A stretch of 64,000 nucleotides of DNA. It comes from Eledone cirrhosa. Lineage: Eukaryota. Shown in pieces: positions 1 through 12,690 of this stretch (the stretch's first letter is position 1; every line of letters starts with the position of its first letter). The stretch covers positions 230,516,001-230,580,000 of the forward strand of contig OZ024740.1 of the NCBI GenBank assembly GCA_964016885.1, given 5' to 3'. A program made the position numbers and the translations under genes. The notes under the pieces were generated by a model. It had not been told where the DNA came from. It was given only the letters and a program-made list of their open reading frames with translations, and searched no databases.

Positions 1-830
1 GGCGGGTTTTCTACAGCTGGATGCCCTTCCTAACACCAACCACATTTACAGTGTGGGGCTGGGAGGTTTTTACCGTGTTGCCTACACGGCCACATTACAG
101 CGTGGACTGTCTGGCGGGTTTTCTACAGCTGGATGCCCTTCCTAACACCAACCACATTTACAGTGTGGGACTGGGAGGTTTTTACCGTGTTGCCTACACG
201 GCCACATTACAGCGTGGACTGTGTGTTTTTTGTCGTGACACCTACACGATCTCATTTGTTTCGGCCTGGATGTTGTGGCACCAACATAACTTTACATTGA
301 AAGGGGCGGTGTGGATGGGACGGAGGGTGTATTTTGTTAGAGATGCCTACTGACTGTAGTAGGTTTTACTTTGTATTTAGGTAAGGCGGGTCTTCTCTAT
401 TACTGAGTACCGCCAAAGGTCTCGGTCCAGTGACATTGTCTTGGAGAGGTGTAAGTGTGTGAGGTCGGAATTTATCAGCTCGTCCCAGGTTTTTCTGGGT
501 CTGCCTACTCCGTGGCTACCATCTATCTTTATTGCCCTGCACTTTGTTATACAGCTGTCGTCTTTCATGCGCATCACGTGACCATACCAACGTAGCCTTC
601 TCTCGAGTAAACAACATCTGATCCCTCTTATTTCTAATTTTTTCCTTAGTTCGTTTATGCTTTGCCGTTCACGTATATTACTATTACACATCCAGCGGAG
701 CATGCAAGCTTCGTTCCTCTCTAGTCTGCGTATATCCTCTGCACACAATGCCCAGGTCTCACTGCCATGCAACATTGTTGTTCGTATGCAGGCATCATAC
801 CACCTGCCTTTCATTTTTAGGGAGAACCCT
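1..830 (-). mobile_element. RTE-clade LINE, 5'-truncated copy (ORF C-terminus plus 3' UTR with ~112-bp tandem repeats); continues off the window edge
   Basis: ORF 377..814 (KGRWYDACIRT...RRLRWYGHVMRM...GRPRKTW) is almost identical to the end of the 802-aa RT ORF at 21984..24392. The DNA is the reverse complement of ~23940-24790. Confidence 0.95.
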
Positions 831-1414
831 TGTAAAAGACGAAGTTAGCTACAATAGAAACACTTAGGTGTTTATCATATATTAATTTATATTAACTTGT
901 ATTTCACGGCTCAGAAATGCTTCTTTCTTTGAGCTAATTAATTGTAAATGACTGTTTGAGGTTAAACTCTAAATATAATATAATGTTACTGCTCCTTCGG
1001 TAGAGCTAATTTTTAATCCCATATAAACGGCTGTTATTTCTAGCGCCATAAATATGAGATAGCTAGAGAGCTGGAAAAACCGAGTGCAAAACCTCGTGCG
1101 TTTTATGCTCGTAAACCAGACCTTAAAAATTTTTTCGAGGTGAAGTAACCTAATTTTTCTGGGTACCTGTTGATAAGCACAGAGAATTGATTATTTCACT
1201 TTTTATACCATCGTTTGCGAAACTTGTTTGGATTTTGAAGTTCGGATTGATCTGCGGAAAAGGTTTGAATTTTGAAATTTAAATTTGTCCAGGTACCACG
1301 GCTATTTGCCAATATAAGTTTGTGTATATTGATTTATTATTTTAAATCGATACAGGCAAGCTATATTTTTATTTGAATTAGTTTATTTCATTCTAGCTAA
1401 CTTCGTCTTTTACA
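831..1414. mobile_element. Non-autonomous TIR element (MITE), superfamily unassigned
   Basis: Perfect 21-bp inverted termini: TGTAAAAGACGAAGTTAGCTA (831-851) and TAGCTAACTTCGTCTTTTACA (1394-1414). No ORF. The left flank abuts the RTE copy, so no TSD can be read. Confidence 0.75.
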
Positions 1415-1478
1415 ATACAAACACTTACATATATATGTACATTTATACATATCATCATCAATGATTATACATATATAT

Positions 1479-1633
1479 TAGGTGTTAATTTAACAATGCA
1501 AATAATAACAAAGTCGAGTTATTTTACCTATTCATTTCACTGTTTTACAATCATTTTGGAGGGTTGATCATATTGACATATTGACTGATCTATAGCAGTT
1601 ATATAACTGTATACTCTCAGACTTCATATATAG
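1479..1633 (+). repeat. Left arm of a ~155-bp inverted repeat (partner 13197-13354)
   Basis: TAGGTGTTAATTTAACAATG...TCAGACTTCATATATAG matches the reverse complement of 13197-13354 with a few substitutions and indels. Confidence 0.9.
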
Positions 1634-2319
1634 GTTCGATCAGACCGTCTTCTTCGAAAACAATGAAGTTAGAATCTTTATTGGTAATATATAAACAGGG
1701 TTGATACAAGAATAGACATACCATAGAAATACATATTCCAGATTGCCTCCTTAGATTGATGCTGGCAGTGGGAGGAGAATAGTGGAATCATGTGTACAAA
1801 TGTCATCCGAGATGAATAAGCAGTGCAAAGACAATGAATAAGGAGAAAGGGTAGGATGGGAGTGATACAAGAATAGGGGGTATATTAGAAGGGGTAGATG
1901 ATGAAGATGGATAGGAGGACATATAGGAAGAGATGGAAGAAAAGGCAGATGAGGAGGTGGAGAAGAAGGAGGTACAGAAGGAGAAGGCAGAGAAGAGAAA
2001 GAGAGATAAGAAGACCATTATTTTGGTGAGTGTCCTAGGTGCAATAAATCTTCAATGAGAATATGTCTTAATAGATGGATGTTAAGTACCAGGTAAGTAA
2101 AAAATAAAATAAACTAAACTAATAAAGCAGACTTTTACTTGGGTGTTCCAATTCAGATATAGTGAAAACATTTGGTTATTGGATTAACTTATAAATTGTA
2201 TTGTTAACCTGAGAAATCACTATTTAGTAAACCTTCATAGATAAATTAGTAATATTTAATAAAACCCAATTTGGAAGGTATATCTTGTGTCCTACTCAGA
2301 TTTATATGTGCATATACAA

Positions 2320-2394
<75 letters not shown>

Positions 2395-2442
2395 TAATAT
2401 ATATATAATGTTTCTCATGCTGTATGTGTATATATATATATA

Positions 2443-3115
2443 GACGACAGCTGTATAAAAAAGTGCAGGGCAATAAAGATAGACGGTAGCCACGGAGTAG
2501 GCAGACCCAGAAAAACCTGGGACGACCTGATACATTCCGACCTCACACACTTACACCTCTCCAAGACAATGTCACTGGACCGAGATCTTTGGCAGTACTC
2601 AGTAATAGATAAGACCCGCCTTACCTAAATACAAAGTAAAACCTACTACAGCCAGTAGGCATCTCTAACAAAATACACCCCCATCCCATCCACACCGCCC
2701 CTTTCAATGTAAAGTTATGTTGGTGCCACAACATCCAGGCCGAAACAAATGAGATCGTGTAGGTGTCACGACAAAAAAAACACACAGTCCACGCTGTAAT
2801 GTGGCCGTGTAGGCAACACGGTAAAAACCTCCCAGCCCCACACTGTAAATGTGGTTGGTGTTAGGAAGGGCATCCAGCTGTAGAAAACCCGCCAGACAGT
2901 CCACGCTGTAATGTGGCCGTGTAGGCAACACGGTAAAAACCTCCCAGCCCCACACTGTAAATGTGGTTGGTGTTAGGAAGGGCATCCAGCTGTAGAAAAC
3001 CCGCCAGACAGTCCTATGCAAGCAAGACAACCACTCTTGCCTCAAGTGGGAAAACTCCCGTCCAAACCCATGCAAGCGTGGAACATGGACGTTAAACGAT
3101 GATGATGATGATGAT
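2443..3115 (+). mobile_element. RTE LINE, heavily 5'-truncated copy with (GAT)n tail
   Basis: Near-identical to 24207-24900. Starts after a (TA)n run and ends in GATGATGAT. Confidence 0.95.
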
Positions 3116-3149
3116 ATATACATACACGCAGCATGAGAAACATTTATCT

Positions 3150-4500
3150 CCTAAGTTAACTCCAGAATTCAGATTAGTAATGAAGCTCGGATATAGGAAG
3201 AATTTTGTGCTAAATTTATAGGTTGCTTGGGTTAATTTCTAAGACATTTTACAGTTGAATTGTAACTCTAACCTTTGAAAAATTATTGAGTAACAAAGAA
3301 AATCTTAAGGCTAAAGATTTATCCCAGGTTGGGAGATATTAATGCATGGTAATTAAAGATGGATTAAAATTTCTAATTTGTACATTGCTTTTAATTATTC
3401 ATAAGGGTTTAGACAGAAGTATATGATTCTCATTAAGTCAATTTGGTTAGTTTGAATGTAACTTAATTTGATTAGTTTGATAGTCCATATTCGTATTGAA
3501 ATGAGGAAGTATGGTATCAGCTTTATAAGGAACAGATTAACTCAGATATAATTAATTTTCAACCATCCTTTATTCTATATATAAATTACCATGTTAGGAA
3601 TAAATTATATGCATTTATGTCTTAGTTATTTGAAGAAACTAGTTATGACTAAATTGATTTCAGATATTATGTGGGTTTATAGTATGTAAAAGTTTTGAGG
3701 ATTTTATGATTACATGATATAATTAATTCTTGCTTTTTATTTAGTAACTTATCTTTGGATTTCATTATTTGGAACAGCTCACGAGAATATAATTGGCACT
3801 CCCTTCTTTCGCCTAGGTATGAGTTAGTTCTTTTAAGGACACCCCAATCTAGTTTGTATGGTATATTTTTCCTTTTAAAATTGGTAATAGTTTCCGCTAA
3901 GAAGTGGTGTTAGCTAATTTAGTATTTTTAAAAGAATTTGTATGGGAATAGAACCTTTTCTTGAACAAGTTAGAGGTAGCCCCTATGTATGATTACATAG
4001 AGTCCTTAGTAATTACCTTACATTTATACACTATACTGGTAACTAAGCAATTGAAATTAAGGGGGCAGTTGGTTTTAATCCTACAGTTGCATCCATTGTT
4101 TGCGATTTGTTGCGTAATTTACTATTATTGTTTATGCTATTTCTATCATTATTGTTACTTACACTAATGAGATCACCGGTTATATTGGTGTTCACTTCGT
4201 TGGTAGTGTGATTACCTGAGGATGGTAATGTTAGTATAGAATTGTTAGATACTAGGTTTGTTTGTGTTAGATTAGTCGGTGCTGGGCTGGTTCCGCGTGC
4301 ATTTTCGAAGATGTGGCTAGTTGGGGAGAATACTAGATCCTGATGATTGTTGGATAAATCATTTAGTTGGCCCAGGGTAGTGGGTACTATGCAGGTTGCA
4401 GGTGTGCAGTTAATATTATTGGATGTATTTTGGTTTAGATTGTGAGTAATTTTAGGTGTAAAACTAGTTCCATATACTTGCAGTGGGTGATTTATGGGTG
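3150..4500 (-). mobile_element. Possible highly decayed Penelope-like element remnant
   Basis: Minus-strand remnants TFTYYKPT (~3675-3700) and KQPINL (~3210-3230) resemble PLE RT-thumb motifs. Many stops; weak call. Confidence 0.3.
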
Positions 4501-5019
4501 TATTCCCAGCTATCCTGCATTAATAGAGACTAGCAGAAGAACCGCTCGAGGGCGGTTTTCTGCTAGCATATATAGTGTGCATATTGATATACGCAAATAT
4601 ATATGCACATAGAATGATACATAAATTGACAATATGCACACAAACTGAACAAAGACTGTGTTATACTTACTTCTGTAATCAGTAAAGTAATCCATGATAC
4701 ATTTTAAAAAAAGCGATAACGGAGATGGAAAAGCGGTGAAACCGTTGACGGAAAATGTTCATGAATCTTCACTTGAGAATGTCGATGAAAAGCTTCAAGC
4801 AGTGAATTTGAAAATAGATGTCGCTGGTATGAATGAATGAATTACATTTACCAATATGAAGAGTTGACCTTCACTATATTGTTGTTTTACTGTATTCACA
4901 TATAGACTTCTTAAGTTTTTGTAGCAGTTAAAAAGAAACTGAAATGCATTTCAACTAAAAGAGAGTGATAGCTGTTTCACATCACTGTAGAATTTCTTTG
5001 TAGACACAGTTGTCAGCAA

Positions 5020-8000
5020 ACAGACCCCTTTCGTTTAATATTTTTATATTTTCTTTTTTTGTAACTCGTGATAATGCAGCATACATTTGACTATGTGAAA
5101 AGAATTGTGTTGGTAGATATATACCTATCTTTTCAAATGTCTTCCCTTGTGCCTTGTTGCATGTAAGGGCAAAGGCTGGTTTGACAGGAAATTGCTTGTG
5201 AGTAAAGGTGAAAGGGAACTCAAGCTCTTGGGACCCAATGCCACTTCAGCTTCAATTACATGATTATGTAAACTGATGATGATGTAGCATGTACCATTGC
5301 AATGCCCGTTTAGAGGATCCAGATTTCTCAGAAGTATGATGCAACTGCCTTTCTTCAGTTTAAGTATGTGTATTGAGAAGCCTGATGGGATAAGTTTGTT
5401 GATGAAGTCAATTGGATATTGCAGTTCATTATCTACTGTATCAGAGCTTCTGTAGATTATTTCATGACCAGGAAACTTGTTGAACATGAACTCATTCACC
5501 AATCTTGATGCATCATTTGTTGGAGTGATAATGGCTCTATTTGCAAGCCATAGTGGGTTTGTGTAGTTTCCTGGAAGATTTGTATACACAAAATCACACA
5601 GTCCAGACACATTACCATATTCCAGACAAAGTTCATTTGGCAGAAGAATTGTGAATGCACCTACAGTTGGAACTGTTGGAATGTTACCATTTCCCACATC
5701 AAGAAGGTAGTTTGCAAACTGTCTTTCATCAGAATCCTCTGTATTAATTAACCGTTGATTGGTTGTCATCTCCTTAGTTTCCACATAGTCCCAATGGTCT
5801 CTTGATGGTTACCTCAACTATTTCTGGTCTAGCACCATGATGTACAACTGGAAGAATTTGCTTCCAGTCACCAGATAGTAATACTGTTAGACCACCAAAT
5901 GGCTTTTTGCAATCTCGAACATCTTTGAAGCTCCTGTCAAGGCATTCAAAAATATGCTTATGTCCCATACCTATCTCATCAATGATTAGCATGTCAGCTT
6001 GCTGCATAAGTTTACCTGTGGCATCCCTCTTTGTGAAGAAGCAAATTGATTCCGCAGTCACATTGAGAGGAATCTTGCACTTCGAATGAAGAGTTCTACC
6101 TTTGTGTAGCAAAGTGGTTGCTATTCCAGATATGGTAGTGGCAAGTGCAATTTTTGTTTTAGATCGGAGGTAATCCAATAGGATGTTTATGACATAGATC
6201 TTTCCTGTACCTGCACTTACATTCAAGCAGAAAATTCTGCCTTCATTTTCATTTACAGAGGTGATTACTTTGTGAAAAATAACCAGTTGTTCAGGATTCA
6301 ATGTTGGCAGAAGTTCATTTATGTTTGCTTGCAGTTGGTGTGTATTGAAATCAATTTCTGCCATAAGAATCCTGTTGATTTCTGGTATGGCAACAATAGT
6401 TGGGTCTGGCCGAGGAAGTCCATAGTTGGCATGAATGTCCAAACCATCATGTTGAAGTCTTTGTTGGATCTTCTGTAGAACAATCTGCACGGTTTGCATG
6501 GACATGACTTGCTCACGACGTTCATGCATGATATCCTCTGCAAGACAATTCTTCCATTTCTCCCAGAACTGCAGAGGGTCATTTGGCATGCTGTACAATA
6601 AAATGGTGCAGAAGATCTCTCGCAGCTGAGGACCAAGCGTAATGGATGAGGCCTCTTCCATAGCTTTGTCTTTTTCTCCATCTTCATCTAACAGACCAAG
6701 TTTCCTGCATGCTTCTTGGAATGTTGGAAATTCAACTCCTTCAATTGTCCTCAATTCTTTGTATGAAGTTGACCCAGCCTTGTGATGAAGGATCATTCTG
6801 AGGTAATATAATTCAGATTGAAGTCTACTGAGAGGTACTGTTGGAATGTGTGCAAGAGATTCACTCATAAATTGTTGATCACCATCCAGATGTCCCTTTT
6901 TTCTTCTTTGCCACTTTTTGTTTGTCCAAGTGAAATATTTAGGAATATCAATATACAATATGTTTTGTGCCAGTCAGTTGAAAATATTCCGTCAACTTAG
7001 TCATTGGTTGTCCCCTAGAAACAACACTTTCTTCCTGCCCTCGCTCATACACGACCATTTGTTCCCCAGGTAAATGCAAAGCAACTTTTCAACTGCCAGT
7101 TTTCGATCATGTAATGGAAATTTATAGATTCTCCAGAATGCTTCATTGGCTGAGATGTACCGTGCATTGATATAGGTCTCAATCTCATTTTGGGCATGGA
7201 CACAATTTCCTTGATCATCCTTAATAGTGAAAGTGATCTTGTCTGATCCTTTTGTGATGTACTTATATAAGTACTTAACAGCCTTGACACTGTGGAAACC
7301 TCACAATTGATGTGGCACTGATATCTCAATGAGAAGAAAGGGTTGTATGGAACAATCCAACGATTATCAACAGTAAATTCTTAACCTTTAAGTTGGATTG
7401 TATGGGTGTGACCACCATGATGTCTATCCCTTCTTCTATACTCCAGAAAGGAATTTTCGGCAACAAATGTGGTTTGTCTGAATGCCTTGGGATAACCTTT
7501 TGAGTAATCGCGTTGTTGTCCTAGCCCTTCAATACATGGGCACATCATATTAGCTTGTCCACATGGGCCATGAATGTTGCAGGATGTGATGATCTTATGC
7601 AGAATTGGATTGGTCTCTTTATCAGGAATCTCACAGTACACTACCTGATCAATGGCATCAGCAGTTTTGGGCTTGCTATCTTCAGCCATTATCAGCAGAA
7701 TATGAGCATGAGTGAGGCCTTATTTCTGCCACTCTGTTGTAGCAGAATGAGCCATAACTTTTCCTAGGACATTTTTTTTTCAGTATGTCATCCATGAGGC
7801 TGTCATACTTGATCTTGAAGACTCTTGCACAAATATCAGGACGGTCTCTAGGTTCTTCACCAGAGTGCAAACTATTTTTTTATTTCATCCCAGTTAGGGT
7901 TAGTTGTTACTAACCCTATGTTGATGAAATAAGATGGCTTTCCCATGTGTCAAACCACAGTCATCGAATTCTGAAAGCACTCACTGTAGAAGCGAGGGGA

Positions 8001-9080
8001 ACCATAGATTGAAGGAGGAAGAACAATTCTCCGGCCTGTATTTACTGAATCTCCTTCAGCCACAGCATCATACAAACCCTCATACTTTTCAGCTCGTATC
8101 ATGGTTTGATTGTTGTGGGCTCATTTGAGGCGACAATGTTCTATTTTTACCTGGGCATCTACAGCATATTGCTGCATCAGCCGCCTGCTCTTCATGATAA
8201 TGTTATAGTCACCTTGCCTAATCTGAAACCGATAACAGTAGAAATCAGTGGGTGTGAGTGTGTGGTTGTTAATCTTTTTCAAACCAACCTGAAACCCATC
8301 ATTCCCCCAAGGAAACAGTAGCACATAATGCAGAGGATCATAAGAACTGATGAATCCTCTGAAGACCACCATCTCTTTTATGAATGATGACATCCAAGAG
8401 ACCTAATGCTGTCTCAAGTTGAATAACAGCAATCTCAGATGCCATGGGAAGATTATATGTGCGACAATGAAAATCAGTGGGTTTTACTTTATCACCATGT
8501 AGGACAATATTCACATTCTCAGAGACTGGCATTTCAATGACTGACTTGAAGCTTCTTATATAGGTGTTGCAGTAGTGCAAGTCTTCTTGCAGGTCCTGCA
8601 GGACAGCAGCATCTAAATTAGCATGATGCAAGCGATTCTGAAGCTCATGATCTGTATCGTAGAAGCTGCACAAACTTGGGTGAAGCATCACTTGGAAGTA
8701 GTGATCCAATAACATGACAAACCTTACCTTGGATCTTAAATGTGGGACTAAATCTTGGTGCTCTAATATCTTTACAACCAATTGAAGCTAAGGCAAGCAC
8801 ATTGTTATATGCCCGTATCTTATGGAGAAAAGAATTTCCTGCCTGAGTGATATCAAAATATTTCAGTATATTTGGTGGAGGAGGAAGTTGAGGGAGTTTC
8901 ACTTTTCCCTGGAAGCAGCACAGAGATTTGGGTTCATGCGGCCAGCGATAAGCTTTGCAGTGCGGACAAACAGAGCCAAAGAGACTCCCTGCATTATGGA
9001 AATAACAGTTTGCTCTTGGAAAGGTTCATCTGTAGGATTCTTTGCCAGACCTTCAATTGATCTGTTCCTTCCTCTCTGAA
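5020..9080 (-). pseudogene. Helitron RepHel (Zn-finger, HUH Rep, Pif1-type SF1 helicase), broken by frameshifts and stops
   Basis: Fragments in the expected order: CPHCKAYRW..E..CCFQGKVKL; IRAYNNVLALASIG; YDPLHYVLLFPWG; TNPNWDEI/DRPDICARVF; GLTHAHIL; HGPCG; YLYKYITKG; LYYLRMIL; SAGTGK; LIIDE; FGGLTVLLSGDWKQ; ILLRNLDPLNGHCNGT; TCNKAQG. Confidence 0.93.
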
Positions 9081-9089
9081 CGTTTTGTG

Positions 9090-9815
9090 TATTTATAACA
9101 AAATACTGGATTGTATAAGTATAACAAGGAGACGTGGTTTGTGTGTATAATATTTAATCAACAATTTGTGGATATATAGAACAGTATAGTTGACATGTCA
9201 ATGAATAGATGAGAGAATGAAGCAAAGTTATTAGTTACCGTTTGGTCGCCAGGCGAACGCGCCTGGCCGAAAAGGAAAATGAGAGATAGGGAGCTGAAAG
9301 TTATTCGTTTTATAGGGTTGGAACGGAAGTTACAGAAAGGGTTCTACTTCCTATCTAGAGAGCGTTAATCTATTGGTGATGTGAGTGTCACAACAAGGGA
9401 GGCAACTCCTGCTACATATTTGTTGCAAGTTGTTGTTGGTGTGTTAACTGAATTACATTTGTAGAAATTTGTTGGGATGTTGTAGAGCGATTATTGTTTG
9501 ATTGAGTAAAGGGGTTAATCTAGTGTTCTAATTAGCTTGCCAAGTTATGCTGACAGGAAATAGTATAGAAATTCCATTCTATTTCTAATGTCAAAGAGTG
9601 AAGGTTAGGTGGATAAAGGGGTTGTCTCCCTTTAAAAGGGTTTGGACATGTATGTCTAAGTGTGTGTGGGAGAATATGTGAAGATGTAAGCATGCGTGTG
9701 TGTGAGAGGATGTTTGTGTAAATGTGGGGGCTAGATGCTCTATCATGTTAAAACTGGTCTGTGTGAGAGAATAAGTGAAGGTGTAAGCGTGCGTGTGTGT
9801 ATGTGTGTGTGTGTG

Positions 9816-9847
<32 letters not shown>

Positions 9848-11613
9848 AGATGGTACGTGGAGGTGTAAGTGTGGGCTAGGTGCTCTATCATGTTAAAAAT
9901 TGGGTGTTGAGTTCTAGTCTGTTATTGATTGGTGGTCGTGTTTTGTCTATAATTAGTGCTTTTTTAATTCTAAGATTGCCGAGGTTTCTATCCTAACTAT
10001 TGTTTTTGTCGGTGTTTTTGCATTTCACTAGGTGTTTCTTAAATGAGGAAGCGTTAGTGTTGAGGTGTTCTTTTATTCTAATGTGAAGTGGTCTGGTGGT
10101 GCTACCTATGTAGAAATTGCTGCATTTGTCGCACTCTAATCTGTGTACGACATAAGCCTGGTGGCATAGGTCTGTGTCGTCGATGGGGCAGTTGGCTGTC
10201 ATGTCTGGTGGACTGTTTTTTGGTTAGCTGTCCGTGTAGAGAAGGTCCTGAGTGGGCTAGTTGGATATCCAGTCCCTCTCCTCTGATAGCTCTGCGGATG
10301 GCTGTTGTTTTGTCACTGATGTGTGGGAGCTTCAGGAAGCAGGTGTTAGTGCCTCGGGTGTGGTGTCCTCTGTTGTTTCTGGCACGGTTCGCGGTGGACG
10401 TCGCGTATCCGTTCAGTTTGAGTACTTCCAGGAAATGTGTGGTGTGTGTGTCCCGGTCTCTTGCGTCGGTGCATTTGTTCTGGATACGTGTTAGGTTGTT
10501 CCTTATGTATCCGAACTTAGCGCTGACTGGGAGGGCTGATCTGAAATGTACGGACAAGTCCCTGTTGGTGGCTTTTTTATAGAAGCAGGTGTGGATGTCG
10601 CCTTCCTCTGTTACCCTGAGTTGGAAGTCCAATAGGGATAGGATCCGCAGTCATCGGGGTGTTCCATGCTGAACTTTATATTGGCGTCCATGCTGGAGAA
10701 TGTTGTGTATATTTTATCTGCCTCCTCACGGGATGATGTAAGGATGAGTATGTCATCTACAAATCGGGTGAAGAAGGTATGGGAATGGCAGGTGTTGTGG
10801 GCTCCGCATTCCAGCTGGTTCATATAAGTGATGGCCAGCAGGCCCGATAGGCTGGATCCCATGGGTAATCCTGTTGTCTGTCTGTATGTGTGGTGGTGGA
10901 AGGTGAAGTACGTGTTGTCCACTGTGAAGGACAAAAGCTGGTGTATGTCCGTCGGATGGAGGCCGTAGCAGTGGACGTCTTCTGCGATCACGCAGTCCGT
11001 CAATAAATCGACAGCTGGATGAGCGGGGACTGTAGTGTAGAGGGAGACAACGTCGAGGCTAAAGGCGTATCTATTTAATTTAAGTTGTTCTGGCTGGAGT
11101 TGGTGTAGTCTACGTATGACCTCGTTGGAGCTACTGACATGCCCGGGAAAGGTGGAGAGTAGAGGTTTGAGGACCTGGGATAGGAGCCAGGAGATTTTGT
11201 ATAGGGGCCCTTCTATGCTAGAGACGATGGGTCTTATTTGTGTCTTAGTACTATTCTTGTGGGTCTTGATGAGGTGATAGAAAGTGGGCAGTCTGCTATT
11301 TCTAGTGGCGTAAATGAACTTAAATTTATTTGGGAGTTGTCTTCTACTACAGATGTCGGACCAGATGTAGTTGGCCTGTTTTTCGATCTGGGCTGCAGTT
11401 ATGTCCGGGATCTCCGTATATAGTTCGTTGTCGCTTAAGTGTTCAAAGGCTAGGTTGTTGTATGTGGCTTGAGAGATGACACAAAACTCTTTACCTTTGT
11501 CGGATGGTAAGTATATGAGTTCCCTATTCCGCAGGTTCTTCAGGGCGAGTTGTTGCGTCCTGGAGAGGTTTGGGGCTATCTTCTTCTGTTTCCATAAGAT
11601 GTTAAATACGGAA
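9090..11613 (-). mobile_element. Penelope-like retroelement (RT plus C-terminal GIY-YIG endonuclease), 5'-truncated, with two frameshifts
   Basis: The open frame 11611->10611 reads LPSDKG, FYHLIKTHK, IRPIVS, FSLDVVSLYT, GLPMGS and RFVDD. It continues with FYKKAT (10102..10632) and VHRLECDKCSNFYIGSTTRPLHIRIKEHL (9993..10202). The left boundary is uncertain. Confidence 0.9.
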
Positions 11614-12109
11614 TGTATATATATATATATATATATATATAGCTGACACGGAGAAAAGAAATCTTTGAAATAAATGTATGTTTGAAATATGTATTATCGT
11701 CTGCTATTCGAAGAGAGAGACAGAGAGGGGGAGAGTAGTATGAGGTAGTCATAACAACAGTGGTCGCAGCAAAACAATATATATATATATCTGTCACGGT
11801 CACTCCTCTCTTTATATAATCACACATACAATCTCTTTCTCGCTCTAGCAATTTTATGAAATCAAAGAACAACAACATACACACATGAACACACATACAC
11901 ATTAGCGTGTTGAAAACAATCCAAATCGCTTCATCGTTCTCTTTCACTCTCTCTATAGTATAGATATACAGGAAGTATGTTTAATCGTGTTACAAATTTT
12001 AGTAGATAAATTATGTAATATTCATTCATTATTTATTCAAAGTAATGCAACTTATTTTACAAACGGGATTAAAAATTATATTCTGGATGCAGTCCCACGC
12101 TCCTTGCTT

Positions 12110-12330
12110 TATTATAGTTTAGATTCATAGCACTTATTTTCTGCTGTAGAATAGGAAAGTTTAACGGTAAAGTGGTTAAGGATTTGGTCATATTTATGGT
12201 TAGGTGGGAAGTGTTTTTCTGGGATTGCAAAACATTTTCTAGGTATTTGTCCCTTGGTCTGTATGTTGAAAGGTGCATTATACCATGTGATTTTTATTTT
12301 ATGGCATCTATTTCTAGTTTTTTCTTTTAA
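12110..12330 (-). mobile_element. Decayed Penelope-like fragment of a second family
   Basis: ITWYNAPFN...KHFPPNHKYDQILNHFTVKLSYS resembles the PLE motif IWFNPP...KHFP..H.L.KIFNRNTVKVSYS found upstream of GIY-YIG. Confidence 0.7.
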
Positions 12331-12497
12331 GGCACCTATTTCAAGTTTTATCTCTATTTCCATGGTTAATCCAATTTGATGAGTGGTATTGGTGCAATTA
12401 GAGGAGTTGGAGGGAGTACTATACCTATTACTACTGCTTATATGGTGTGGAACAGGATTGGTCTTGGTATTATTATGCAATTTTGGAGTATTATATT

Positions 12498-12690
12498 AGG
12501 GCGGTGGATTGGCAGTATCGGTAGAGGGTCGGATGCCATGCTTTGACATATAGAGTTACGGCCCTTGCCATTCTGAGTTCAAATCCCGCCGAGGTTAACT
12601 TTGCCTTTCATCCTTACGGGGTCGATAAAATAAAGTACCAGTAAGGCACTTGGTAATTGCTGGCCTTGTGCCAAACGTAGAAACAATTAT
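12498..12690 (+). mobile_element. tRNA-headed SINE with Nin-like central domain and (ATT)n tail (abundant family)
   Basis: A-box-like TGGCAGTATCGG, B-box GAGTTCAAATCC, core GCCTTTCATCCTTACGGGGTCGATAAAATAAAGTACCAG. Other copies at ~12983, 14690-15210, 25900, 30911(-), 32657, 32829, 35750(-), 36080(-), 44017 and 58565(-). Confidence 0.85.

Larger units (their letters stand above)
4530..11964 (-). mobile_element. Full-length, decayed autonomous Helitron with a nested Penelope element
   Basis: 5' end A|TCTATACTATA at 11964 (minus). 3' end is the hairpin AACCGC-cctcga-GCGGTT followed by CTAG|T at 4530. It encloses Rep/helicase coding fragments. Confidence 0.8.

Noticed and set aside
1803-2550. 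Short ORFs from the track here and elsewhere (e.g. 13379, 15451, 37749, 45954)
   Set aside because: They are translations of microsatellites, purine-rich tracts or antisense TE frames with no protein motifs or splice support.
9895-11613. Penelope as a selenocysteine-recoding Naiad element
   Set aside because: The endonuclease is C-terminal and the breaks are frameshifts, not in-frame UGA codons.
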